A stretch of DNA of 64,000 nt, taken from the NCBI RefSeq assembly GCF_036321535.1, contig NC_087438.1, forward strand, positions 10,294,001 through 10,358,000. Direction: 5' to 3'. Positions within the stretch are counted from its first letter, which is position 1. Every line of letters begins with the position of its first letter. The notes below the pieces were generated by a model that was given only the letters and a program-made list of their open reading frames with translations, had not been told where the DNA came from and did no database searches. This document shows, piece after piece, positions 1 to 11,302 of this stretch. This DNA comes from Camelus dromedarius (lineage: Eukaryota). Made by a program: the position numbers and the translations under genes.

Positions 1-46
1 CCTGGACCGCTGTGTGTTCATGCTGCAGTGGAAAAGCCTTCGTCAC

Positions 47-63
47 CCAGCAGGGGGAGCACT
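47..63 (+). promoter_or_regulatory. CTCF-like motif
   Basis: CCAGCAGGGGGAGCACT, one mismatch to the CTCF core CCAGCAGGGGGCGC; motif only, binding not shown. Confidence 0.5.
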
Positions 64-293
64 TGAGAGCACCCTCCATTTAGCTTATTTTGTTATTGGT
101 GGTCTCTTGCTTCAAACCCTGAGCACATTGCTTTCTGGGCTAAATAACTGTTAAGATTTATTTTTGCAAAGTAGACTATTATCAATCTGGGCGGGATCAC
201 AGGCTGTGTATGGCTGGGGTCTTCTCGTGTCAACAGGATGCTGTACTGCCACATCCCAGACAGCAGAGCAAAATAGAAAGGGAACATTTGGAA

Positions 294-361
294 GAGATTG
301 TTTTTGACTCAATGCCAGTGGGATTCCGAGATTGTTGTTGGCTCAATGCCAGTGGGATTCC
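294..361. repeat. 34-bp tandem duplication (2 copies)
   Basis: gagattgtttttgactcaatgccagtgggattcc followed directly by gagattgttgttggctcaatgccagtgggattcc (2 mismatches). Confidence 0.9.
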
Positions 362-479
362 ATGTGTATGTATATGCAGCGTGTCTGTGACATTTTATCT
401 CATGAGCAGGAAACCATGAAAGTACAGCTTTATGAGATTCTGGTAGATGCACAGAAAAGTGTGTGTTAGTTTGATTGGA

Positions 480-785
480 AGGGACTGAATGGTCGCAAAA
501 TGGCTGTCATAGCCCCAACTATCACCTCCACATTCCAGGTCTCAGGGAGGGGAAAGCTTAACAGGAAAGAGGCAGCACCCAGATCAAAAAAGAAATGTGT
601 TCCCCGAATCCCCCAGAAGCTCCTGCTTTGATCTCAGTGGCTAGAATTGTATCGTATCTGCAACCAAGCTATCATCAGAGCTGAGAAGTGGCTTTCTTTT
701 AAGTTCCTTCCAGAAGTTGGGATTTTCTGACTAAAGGAGATGAGGAAAATAGGTATTGGGTAGGTAACTAGCAGGTTCTGCCACG
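480..785. mobile_element. Old MaLR LTR fragment (MLT1J/K-like)
   Basis: Recognised MLT1-type segments (ggtcgcaaaatggctg...atcacctccacattccagg; ggtattgggtaggtaactagca); boundaries approximate. Confidence 0.5.
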
Positions 786-1378
786 AATGACTGACCAGAA
801 TGACCTTCTACAATCTCTGTAGCCACAGAGAAAGTTAGGATTCCAAAGTTAGGATTGACTTACCATTTTGTGATGCTGAGAATCTGGTGGTTTGACCCCA
901 GCACTGGAGCACAGCTGAATTCATTGCTTATTACGCTGTCTTAACACTGATGCTAAAGTGGAAAATATGTTAGTGAAATAAAATAGTTCCCTTATCAAGT
1001 AGTTTGCTAATTCTGCATGTTCATAAGGACTAAATAGGAATGAAAAGTATTTTTCTTGATTGTCAGGAAATTCTTTGCAGCAGTAAGTTTTCTAGCATGT
1101 GGTCCTCAAATCTCTTTTGACCTGTGGACTCGCAGTCAATCTACTGGACCCTCCACCTTTTTCAGCTCACACTTGAAACTAAAAATGACAGAATTAAATT
1201 TAAAATGCAGCCCTTGTGATCAGATACCACTGGCAGGTAGCAGGCTGTTTTTGGTAGGATCATGAGGAAGCAGGACTTCACAGCTGACGTGAGTGCGCTC
1301 GGACCTCTGCACTGCTGGTCTGTAGGATGGATGCCCCAAGGAGGGGCTGATACTTGGAGCTCCCGTGTTGTGTTTCAG

Positions 1379-1498
1379 GTCCTGGGCTGGATTCGCAATG
1401 GGGAGTCGATGTTGAACGCTGGGCTCATCACGGCTAGCTCGTTGCAGGAGGCGGAGCAGCTGCAGAGGGAACACGAGCAGTTCCAGCATGCCATCGAG
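1379..1498 (+). CDS. TRIO: TRIO coding exon (~exon 16), spectrin repeat
   Basis: tttcag|GTC...GAG|gtaagg; [40 protein letters not shown]; 120 nt, phase 0/0. Confidence 0.97.
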
Positions 1499-3226
1499 GT
1501 AAGGATGCTTGGCCTCACTTTCTAGTCTTAGGACCAGCCTGTTAAGTCCCCTCCCATGGCACTGACCCGGGGAGCCAAATGAGGTTCAGTAGGTTCTGAA
1601 ATGGCCATGCTTACAAACCTACAGTTTATCACAGGAGGAGGAAGTGGTCTGGTAATGCAGTGAAGTGAGGTTGTATGTGCCTGCCAGGGCAGCCTCACTG
1701 CAAGGGCCCCAGAGGCTAGGGGTGGATCCTGCTGTCCCCCTGCCAGCAGGATGCACCTCCCCCATCAAGAACAGCTCGGCTCCAGGGAGCCCAAGCTGGG
1801 GTCTTGGTGGAGGTTTTTTATGTTTTGGGAGGTCTCACAGGCACATTGCTGCTACATAACCAGCCTCGGAAAATGCAGGGCACTCGGGGTGGCTCATCAG
1901 GACTGGGTGCAAATCACCAGTTCCCTGTTACTGATAAACAGTGCTCTGCACAGGGCTCCCCCGATTCTGGACAAAAGCAGCGTCACACATCAGAGGGTTT
2001 TGTGCCTTGACGGGGTCAGTGCTGTGCCAGGACTTCAGCAGGACACCTCGGGCCAGTTCCGGGCCCCCTCAGGTTCACTCTCATGGCGTTTAGATCAATT
2101 ATTTTTAGAGTTTTTGAGGATTGGGGGAAGGGGCAGTTCATAGTTATGATGCGTGGTCTCAAAGTAAAGTGAAGGGAAAAAAGAGCAGTTGATTACAGAA
2201 AACTTGTTTCCTGCTCTGTTATACATGTATTCTCAGCCGAGATGGAGACCACAGAAATTTATTCCTTGGATTAATTTATTCTCTACTCAGTGCCAGTGAA
2301 CACACATGAACACTTCTTCTTGAAGCCCAGACTCTGGGCATCTTTTGAAAATTGTCCACCGTGCCAGGTGCCTTCTAGTCCTGAAATCACCAGTGCACGT
2401 CACTGGTCTGGGTAAAGGGTAGGATTATACTGGGTACAGTGTTTTATGGGATCACTTGTACCTTTTTAGGTGAAATGCAAAAGTTTGCTTTAAAAAAAAA
2501 AAAAGGTCTGTGTCCAGAGACCTATCGCCCCGCTGCCGGCTGCCCGCCGGGTGCTCTAGTTTCCCTGAGCGGGCCTGGCCTCAGCCCCTCTCGAAGCTTC
2601 CGGTGAGGGTGCGTGAGCCAGAGGTCTCACAGGACTTGTCGGGTTATTCTGATAGATTCGCTGTGTGGCATGGACCTCTCGGGAACACAGTTGGTTCATT
2701 CTTAGCTTTTAACTATGTTTCTCTCTCTCTCTCTTTTTTTTTTAAATCAATAGTTCTTGAAAACTTTTTACTGGAGTCCAAAGTTGAAAGTAAAAATGAA
2801 ATAAAGAGCATTCACTTCAGCCACCTTTTTCTCCACTTATTCATGAGCCTCTGGCTACTATTATAAGAAGGCTCAATAGGAATAATAAACTTGGAACATT
2901 TCAACAGCTTTTTGGGAATACTGGCTGCTAAGGGTTTTTCCTGCTATTTCTCAAAAGGCTGAAACCCCACAACCAGATCCTTTCTGAAAAGTCTTACCGC
3001 ATTTCATCCTTCATTGGGTAAATATAAACACAGTTGTTGTCAGGCATCAAAACATTTTCCTTACTAACCTGTGTCCTGTGTTGTTCAGAGTGTCCTAATG
3101 AGTATTAACTGAAGTTGTTTCCGTGAAAGCGAGCAGAACAGAAGAACCACGGCCTTCCCAGCTCCTTCCCGGTATGTGCGTGTCACCCCAGCTGACAAGC
3201 CTTCCCCGTTGTCTCCCTCTCCTTAG

Positions 3227-3418
3227 AAGACGCACCAGAGTGCACTGCAGGTGCAGCAGAAGGCAGAAGCCATGCTGCAGGCCAACCACTACGACACGGA
3301 CATGATCAGGGACTGCGCCGAGAAGGTGGCCTCCCACTGGCAGCAGCTCATGCTCAAGATGGAAGACCGGCTCAAGCTGGTGAACGCGTCCGTCGCCTTC
3401 TACAAGACCTCAGAGCAG
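3227..3418 (+). CDS. TRIO: TRIO coding exon (~exon 17), spectrin repeat
   Basis: ccttag|AAG...CAG|gtaggg; KTHQSALQVQQKAEAMLQANHYDTDMIRDCAEKVASHWQQLMLKMEDRLKLVNASVAFYKTSEQ; 192 nt. Confidence 0.97.
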
Positions 3419-3826
3419 GTAGGGGGCCCGCCGACGGTGCCTTCTGTGCCCGGGTTCAGCGGACAACCGGGTTGTTAACCCACTGGTCATTACTGAACCA
3501 GTCAAGCCCAGTCAAGCAGAGAGAAGCAGCCTTCTAGAATCAAGATGGTTTTTGCTTACCTTCCACACCAAGGAATAATGGGTTGGAAAGGATCTGAGGA
3601 GACAGCCCTTTTCCTCTCATTTAAATATATGGCCTGACCCAGGGAAGAGAGAGACAGGAAGTTCAGCTTTTATTTTGTCCTTGCTCTGAAAGGCCTGGCT
3701 ACCCTGAGCCCAGCCTGCGTCCTTCCAACGGCCCTGGTCCTCAGGCCGGCACTTGTTGCCTGAGGTCGGCCTGTGCCGTCAGCTGCCAGGCGGTCCCCCT
3801 GAGCCTGGAACTCTCTCCTGCTGCAG

Positions 3827-3976
3827 GTCTGCAGTGTCCTCGAGAGCCTGGAACAGGAGTACAAGAGGGAAGAGGACTGGTGTGGAGGGGCCGACAAACT
3901 GGGCCCCAACTCCGAGACGGACCACGTCACCCCCATGATCAGCAAGCACCTGGAACAAAAGGAAGCGTTCCTGAAG
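3827..3976 (+). CDS. TRIO: TRIO coding exon (~exon 18), spectrin repeat
   Basis: ctgcag|GTC...AAG|gtacag; VCSVLESLEQEYKREEDWCGGADKLGPNSETDHVTPMISKHLEQKEAFLK; 150 nt. Confidence 0.97.
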
Positions 3977-5279
3977 GTACAGAGCTGGCTTTCCGGGTAC
4001 GGGGGCCCCACTGAGCGGTGGACGCAGGCCCCAGGGCTTCACCGAGATGGCAGAGCGTCGGGTGTCAGTCAGTGGTCCTCCCACAGCCCTGCACAACGCT
4101 CCCCTTGGGTGGAAAGTGATGGGGGTGACGCTGTATCAGTAATAAGTTAGTTGATTAAAGAAGACCTGAAAGTCTTCCTCAGCTGTGATTTACACGGTTC
4201 TCGTTTTCACAGAGAAAGAGCTAGGTAGACATCGGAGTGCATAAAGAATGAGTGAAAGTCACACTTCCAGATGATTCCGAACAGACACACGAGGGTGATC
4301 TGGTGAAATAAAAATGCCTAGAGCTTAACATAATCTTCCTTTGGAAATTCAGCCTCTTTAGGAATAAAGACTATCTTGGAACACATTTGAGCCCAGTGTA
4401 GACACAAAGCAAGGACACCTCTGGTGGTTCACAGGATCAGTACTAATACCTCCTCAGGCCCTGTTTCCTGCAAGAGACGTTTAATTCCGTTCAGGCCAGG
4501 CTGGAAGTTTTAACTCTGAGAAGCTTTAAATGAGGAACTTTTCAAGCCTGCTTTGTCATTTATATATGCAGTCACACATACGTCACTGAGGTGCTTCGCA
4601 GCAATTACATTTTTAAAGGCCGTCACAGTGGTTAGAAACGCTGACACTGAATAGCTTCCACATTGTGTTCTTTCACTTGTGACAAAGATTTTCTGAGGTT
4701 CTGCTGTTGCCACTCAGACCTGTTAAACACAGGTGTGGTGTTGACTTTTCATTGTTGCTTAATCTAGTTTAGTTTTCCTCAGTGCTCCAGCATCCCCGCC
4801 TCGCCAGCACCGTTTCCTGTTACACGTAATAATCTGTTTCATTTCTGAAGATGATGTCTGTACTGAGAGAGTTATGGTTTAGTCTAGGAGAATCAACTGT
4901 AACTCTTTGAAAATTCTTATCTAGTAACTTATTATGAGTTTCCACCACAGAGATTTTCTTTTTAAGCAAATCAAGGCGGGGAAGCAGTTGGAGCTTGCTG
5001 GAGTCTTAGTTGTAACTATTCCAGACAGGACCTAAAAGCCCCCCTCCTTGTCGCTGCTGCTTAAGTTTATGAAACATTGACCACTGTTGGGATGTTCTGA
5101 GTTGGAATCATTAGGATTTGCCTCTTTCTCTGTACTCCATTTCGTTTAAAACAAAATTGAATACTACTTAGTTAATGTAATTAAGAAAAATAGATAAAAC
5201 TATAAAATATAGATAATCACAGACCTGTTCAGATTCCTTCCTTCAACTAGGATTATGTGTTTGGTGTATTGGATATCTT

Positions 5280-6960
5280 TAAACTTTTTAATTATGTAAG
5301 TTTAAAAATGCATACAAAAATTGAGAGAGTGGATACTGAACCCCCATGTACTTTCAGCTTTAATTACCAACATGTGGACATATGTCCACCTCTACTGGAT
5401 TATTTTAAATTCTAGATATTATATCCTTTTATTTGTAAATACTTCTGTATGTATCTAAACATATTCTATCTTTCTAAAACCATTCTATAACCATAATACC
5501 ATTATTAGATGGGTTTTTTTGGAATACTCTTTTATTAATGATTTGGTTGAAAACATATGGCATGTAAGCCACACTTTTGCATGATTAAAAAGTTGAACAG
5601 GACATTTAACATGTTGGTTGATTGATTACAAAAACATCTTGATGGCTGAGAATGACAGAATGAATTTATGAATAAAATCTTAATAGGAAAAATGTAGAGT
5701 TTAGATCTTTTAAATTTTTTTTTAATTTTATCTTTTTATTGGACTAACACCATTATTAGACCTTAAACATTAACAGTAACTCTTATATAAAATCCAGCAG
5801 TGTTCAAATTTCTCTGTCCCATAAAATGTGACTTTATATGTGGTTTTAATCAAGATTGAAACAAGACCCATGCACTGATTTGGTTTGTCTCTTAAATCTC
5901 TTTTAGTCTAAACCCTCCCCTCCCCTTTCATTACCATTTATTAATTGAAGAAATAAGTTGTTCGTACTGTGGAATTTCCTTCATTCTGCATTTGGCAGTT
6001 GCATCACGTGGAGTCATTTAGCACCATCATGGATTCTCTGAATTCCCCTTCATTGGGTGGAGGTTCAGGTTTGAGTGAGAGGGCTGGGGGCACTTGGCGC
6101 ACCTGGTGGCGGTGCTTGTACCTCCGGCGGCCTTGCATCGGGATGCGCAGGTCTGCTCTTTCTGCCCCTGTGATGTGAGGGTTTCAGCCGTGGTGAGTCC
6201 ACTTCGCCCGCTGTGTCCCTCCCCAGCGGCCTTCACTGACAGGCTTAGTAGCCAGGGGTGATGCTGTTTCATTAGGAATTGCAGAATGGGGATATTCTGT
6301 TGTTCCTTCTGCCTTGATTAGCTAGAATTATTCCCTCCTCAGCTCTCTGGTGACTCTCAAAAAGAGTTTGTCCAAAAAAGGTGGGATAAATGCTTGATTC
6401 TTTCCCTTTATGATTTTCAGAATTATGAGCTTGTTGCCCTATAAACTTCTGCACATAATTTTTTTTTTAATTTTTGCTGTCCTGGATTTTAATGTATTTG
6501 GTGTGTTTCAGTCAATCACAGTCATTTATCTTTTTCTATTCAACTTGTCCCACTCGTGGGAGCCCCTTCGGGTCAGGTTGGCTCAGATACCCTTTTGACA
6601 TAACCCCAGTGGTCTTCACGGCTTCCTTGCTGTTTGGTGTGACAGCTTACTTCAGACTTATCAGTAGAGACTCATGATGTATTTTTCTCCTAATTAAAAA
6701 AAGAAAAAAGTATCCCAACTTCGTCTACTGAAAAGGCCTGGAAACGATGGCCAGCCCAGAGATAATGCTCATCCCTGGTGCCCAGACTGTGGCCTCTCAG
6801 TACCGTTCACCACAAGAAGGGGACAGAGCTCCCTAAGGAAGAGACTGATTCCAGGTCTGGGCTAGGAAATGTGCAAGATATTTCCAATTCTAATATAATT
6901 AAAGGATTTTTTTTCCTGAAGTATTTTCATGTTTATATCCCTCATCTCTTACATAAAACT
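5280..6960 (-). mobile_element. Degenerate L1MC-type 3' UTR remnant, interrupted by a younger insertion at 5510-5744
   Basis: L1MC4/5-like segments (gaacccccatgta...; ccataataccattatta...aacagtaactctta...tgttcaaatttctc); boundaries approximate. Confidence 0.55.
5510..5744 (-). mobile_element. Retrotransposed 235-bp insertion with 16-bp target-site duplication
   Basis: Flanked by taataccattattaga (5494-5509) and taacaccattattaga (5745-5760); T7 run at 5514-5520 and minus-strand AATAAA at 5531-5536. Confidence 0.75.
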
Positions 6961-7009
6961 CTTATTTTTTGATACATGAATGAAATTCCTTATTTGGTCT
7001 ATAAACATG

Positions 7010-7435
7010 TAGTATCAGCTTTCTGTTACCACAGAAGCACCACCTGGGAAACCACCCCACAGATTCAGTGGCGTAAACCAAGGGTAAGCAAACCGAGGGC
7101 TAAACCTGCCCCTCCCAATCACGTATCATCTGCAGCAGGTCCAGTGGTTATAACAGAGAGATGGAGACTGCGTGACTCGGAGAGCGGGAAGTACTTCCTA
7201 TCTGCTGTTTATAGAAATCCAGGCTCAGCGTGGCTGGGTCCTCTGACTCACGGTTTCTCCCAAGTCTGCGATCAGGGTGTTGGCCGGGGACGCGGTCGCC
7301 TCAAGGCTTGCCTGGGGAAGGGCTTCACTTCCTCTCTGGCTGCAGGCTAGTGGTCACCCTCTGTCCCCTGCCACCTGGACCGCTCCATGGGGCAGCTCCC
7401 AACACAGTAGCTAGCTTCATCAGAGCAAAGGCTCC
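7010..7435. mobile_element. MaLR LTR (MLT1F-like)
   Basis: Typical MLT1 segments: cagtggcgtaaac, gctgggtcctctgactca, gtgttggccgggg, ctccatggggcagctcccaaca...gctagcttcatcagagc. Confidence 0.6.
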
Positions 7436-7624
7436 AAGATAATATATATTTTTTAATTGAAATAGGATTTAACTTCTGTATTCTCCAGGCCACAAGTTGG
7501 CCAGCTGAACGCTTGAGGTTAAGATGCATGTTGGAGCCACGTGACGTTGTCATCCACATGCACTGTAGACACACGTCTGTGATGAGTCCCTTGAACGCGT
7601 TGCTCTGCATTCATTGTTCCTTAG

Positions 7625-7739
7625 GCTTGCACGCTTGCTAGGAGGAACGCAGACGTCTTCCTGAAGTACCTGCACAGGAACAGTGTGAACATGCCGGGGA
7701 TGGTGACCCACATCAAAGCCCCGGAACAACAAGTGAAAA
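7625..7739 (+). CDS. TRIO: TRIO coding exon (~exon 19), spectrin repeat containing the T1075/R1078/N1080-equivalent residues
   Basis: ccttag|GCT...AAA A|gtgagt; ACTLARRNADVFLKYLHRNSVNMPGMVTHIKAPEQQVK; 115 nt, ends phase 1. Confidence 0.97.
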
Positions 7740-9385
7740 GTGAGTATAACTCGGAGGCAGCTGACTGATGGCCGTGGGAGGAGCTTGACCAGACGTGTTC
7801 TGAAATCTCGGCCCAGGGCTCCATTTTAAATGTCCATTTCATATTATTAATGTTCTCATTAGTTATCTTAGGTTAATAATAAAATATTAAACAAATATAT
7901 AGGTTGGTAATTTATTGAATAAAGTGGAAGAACGTAAATGGAGAAAATGCAGCATTCCGGATGTTATTTGTTGGCACCAAGTGTTCTGTTGAAAGTAAGT
8001 GAAAATATAAATCCAGGGGTAAAATGAAAATTGGAATTATCTACAGGCCAAATATTTTTAGAAGTTTAACCCACAAAAATTATATACCCATTTCATTGCT
8101 GTATGTATTAACAGTTTTGTATACTTAAAGCATTGTTAATAAAAGCAAGTTGCAAAAAAATATTATATAGATGGGTATCATTTGAGCTTAAAAACCTTCA
8201 AAAACATACACACACTCATGTGCCTGTAAATGCATAGGAAAAGACCTGGGAACGTATATACTAAACTGTAGGTAGGATTGGTACAGGTGGAAGTTCAGAG
8301 GACTGATAATTTTTATTCTGTAGAATTCTGATTGAGTATTTGCACTGAAAATGCATCCAGGTGATATATTGTTTTTAAAGTTAAGTTAATCATATTTTTT
8401 TTTTGAAAGTTCCATGGAAATGGAGCCTCAGAAAGTGATGGGAGTTGTTTACAACACTCTCGAAATCCAGGCAGTTTCTATCAGCTGGAATCCTCACCCT
8501 GAGCCTCAGAGCCAGTCCTAAATAGATGAGGGGACATAGGTCACACAGCCTGCACACCTAGAGCTGAGTTTAATAGGAAAAAAATGTGCAATAACCAGTT
8601 AACAAATGATTCCTCTTAGACTTTTTTTGGAAACAATATGATTGGCAGAAACTTTCTACGTTACTTTCTACTCCCGGTTCGTCTGATTCACCAGTTCGTC
8701 ATCACAGGCTAGTTCTTGGTCACACCAGTACATCCTTTGAGTTCTGCAGATGAGATACATAGCTGTTAATCAGCGAGCTTCTCTCTCAGGACAGTGAGGG
8801 ACTAACCAGAGCAGCTGTTTTCCAGCAGGAGCAAGGCTTTGTGGATGACAGGCTATTCAAGCTGGTGATCAGTGCACTTGGCTCATTTCATATAAAAATC
8901 ATTTCCTTTCTCCTGTTTCTCAGTGTTGCTTTTGGTTGTTGGTTGTACTCTGTTTCCTCTGATCAGAGATGTTACGATCCTTTCTGGGTTGTACTAGTTT
9001 GCTGGGTGTGTGCGTGTGCGAAGGAAAGCATGTTCCACATGCTCACTCACTACATGGTCATTATGCTTTGCTGCTGTTTATCACAGTGGTGGAGGCTATG
9101 AAGATTTTTTTTATATGTCCTGTTTCTCTTACTGTCTGCTTGGGGGTGTAAGGTTTATGTGTCGGATAGTGCAGTAAGTCCTTGTCAAGGTGATGATGCC
9201 AGAAGAGACACTGTGACCCCAGAGGCATCGGGAGCTTGAGGAAGCTCAGGTCGTCTCCAGCCCCCATCCCAAAATGGCAGTTGTCACACTGCCTGGCTGC
9301 TCACCTGCCGGGGATCAGTCCTACCCCAGACAGAGGCTGTGAAAATAAGACACTAAAAAAAACTTACACTGATTTTTGTTTGTGA

Positions 9386-9880
9386 TTTTTTTTTTAAATT
9401 AAAGTACAGTCAATCACAATGTGTCAATTTCTGGCGTACAGCACAATGTCCCAGTCTTGCATATACATACATATATTTGTTTTCATATTTTTTTCTATTA
9501 AAGGTTATTACAAGATACTGAGCATAGTTCCCTGTGCTATACAAAAGAAACTTTTTAAAATCTATTTTTATATATAGTGGCTAACATTTGTAAATATCAA
9601 ACTCCCAAATTTATCCCTTCCCACCCCCTTTCCCCCGTAGCCATAAGATTATTTACTATGTCTGCAAGTCTGTTTCAGTTTTGTAGATGAGGTCATAGAG
9701 TCTTTTTTTTTTTTTTTAAGTGATAGCGTATGGTATTTTTTCTCTTTCTGGCTTACTTCACATAGAATGACAATCTCTAGGTCCATCCATGTTGCTGCAA
9801 ATGGCATTATTTATTATTTTTTATGGCTGAGTAGTATTCCATGGTAGAAATATACCACAACTTCTTTATTCAGTCATCTG
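9386..9880 (-). mobile_element. Young 5'-truncated lineage L1 3' end (~0.5 kb)
   Basis: Poly-T at the left end, then a well-preserved L1 3'UTR/ORF2 end (ggcttacttca...ggtccatccatgttgctgcaaatggcattat...tatggctgagtagtattccat); possible TSD tgtgattttt (9381) / tgtgatgttt (9881). Confidence 0.88.
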
Positions 9881-10903
9881 TGTGATGTTTTCATTTAAGT
9901 ATTAGCTTAATTTTTTGATGGGCTTCAAATTTCAGTCTAAATTTGTTTCATGAAACGAATCCACTTTTTCAGGAAGCAGAGGTAAGGCAGCAGGACCGCT
10001 GAGCTGGCAGGAAACTCTGCACATAGACGGCTGTTCTCACAAAGCCCTCAGCCTCTGAGGAACTCATCAGATGTTTGTGGAAAACTGAGTATTTTTAAAG
10101 TTTTCCAATAAAGTTAAATTCTAGGTACCATTTATTTAATTTGCAAAATTCAGTCTGGGGAAACGTTTTACAAAGTTGGTTTTTTTTTTGTAATATGTTT
10201 ACTTTATAAACTTCTGGAGTGAAACAGACTCACTGTAAAGAATTTTTAAGATGGAAGATGTGTGTAAATTACCTAATTATATCTTCCACTCACCCATTTG
10301 GTTTTGGATTTTTTGGGTGTTTTGTTTTGTTTTGTTTTTACCAAGATACAACCATATTCCCCTGTAATTTGCTTCTTTCACTTAGTAACAATCTTAGTCA
10401 TCTTTCTATAGCCAAATTTAGAGATCTGCTCTGTTACTTTTAATGTCTAGTGTAGTGACTTTGTAATTGATTAACCTGACCCCTAATCCATGGGCCGGTA
10501 CCTGCCAGCTTTTCCACACAGCACCTCAGCGTTTGTGTGCCTGTGTACAGACCATGTTGAGAGTTTGTGCAAGCACCATACCCCTGAAAGGTGAATTCCT
10601 GGTCCGAGGGTACGCACACTTCAGTGTCATTACCTGTTGCCAGATTACCCTCTGCAGAGGCTGTGCTCCATTTGGTTTTTTTTTTTTTTAATTTGCCTTT
10701 CTAGCTTCATGCTACTCAACTTCGTGTTATTCCCTCTCCTAAGGGTTTATGTTTTTGGTTTTGTTTTTAAAACCCTTTGTTTTCTTCTAGGACTCCACCA
10801 TTTTGACTGACATCTTTTAAAGCATACTAAATTCCTTCTCCAGGGTAATGGTCTTGCACAAAATATCTAACAGTGGTGTTTTACCAGCCATTGTCAGATC
10901 CCT

Positions 10904-10920
10904 CCAGCAGGGGGCGCAGT
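10904..10920 (+). promoter_or_regulatory. CTCF consensus motif
   Basis: CCAGCAGGGGGCGCAGT, perfect core; ~270 bp upstream of exon ~20. Confidence 0.65.
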
Positions 10921-11186
10921 AGCATATCCCACTGACCCAACTGACCATTAGAGGCCAACCTTAAGCATCTCGATCGTAAGATAGAAACCGGGGTCAGGGA
11001 CTAAGGAGAGGTCTGGTTGACATGCGTGTTGAGAACACTGGGCAGGTGAGCCGTGCGGCTCAGTGTTTGATACTGTCTTGCAACGGCATTTGCACTGAAA
11101 AGTCTTTCAGTAAAAATGAGTGTGATTTTACAGGTGTTTTTATTGACTGCAAGTACCAACATGTGGCTTTCTCTTTTCTCTGTCAG

Positions 11187-11302
11187 ATATCTTGAATGAG
11201 CTCTTCCAGCGGGAGAACAGGGTATTGCACTACTGGACCATGAGAAAGAGGCGGCTCGACCAGTGCCAGCAGTACGTGGTCTTCGAACGGAGCGCCAAGC
11301 AG
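11187..11302 (+). CDS. TRIO: TRIO coding exon (~exon 20), spectrin repeat
   Basis: tgtcag|AT ATC...CAG|gtcagc; (N)ILNELFQRENRVLHYWTMRKRRLDQCQQYVVFERSAKQ; 116 nt. Confidence 0.97.

Noticed and set aside
294..361. CRISPR-like direct repeat
   Set aside because: Only two adjacent copies with no spacer, in a mammalian intron with no cas genes; a simple tandem duplication
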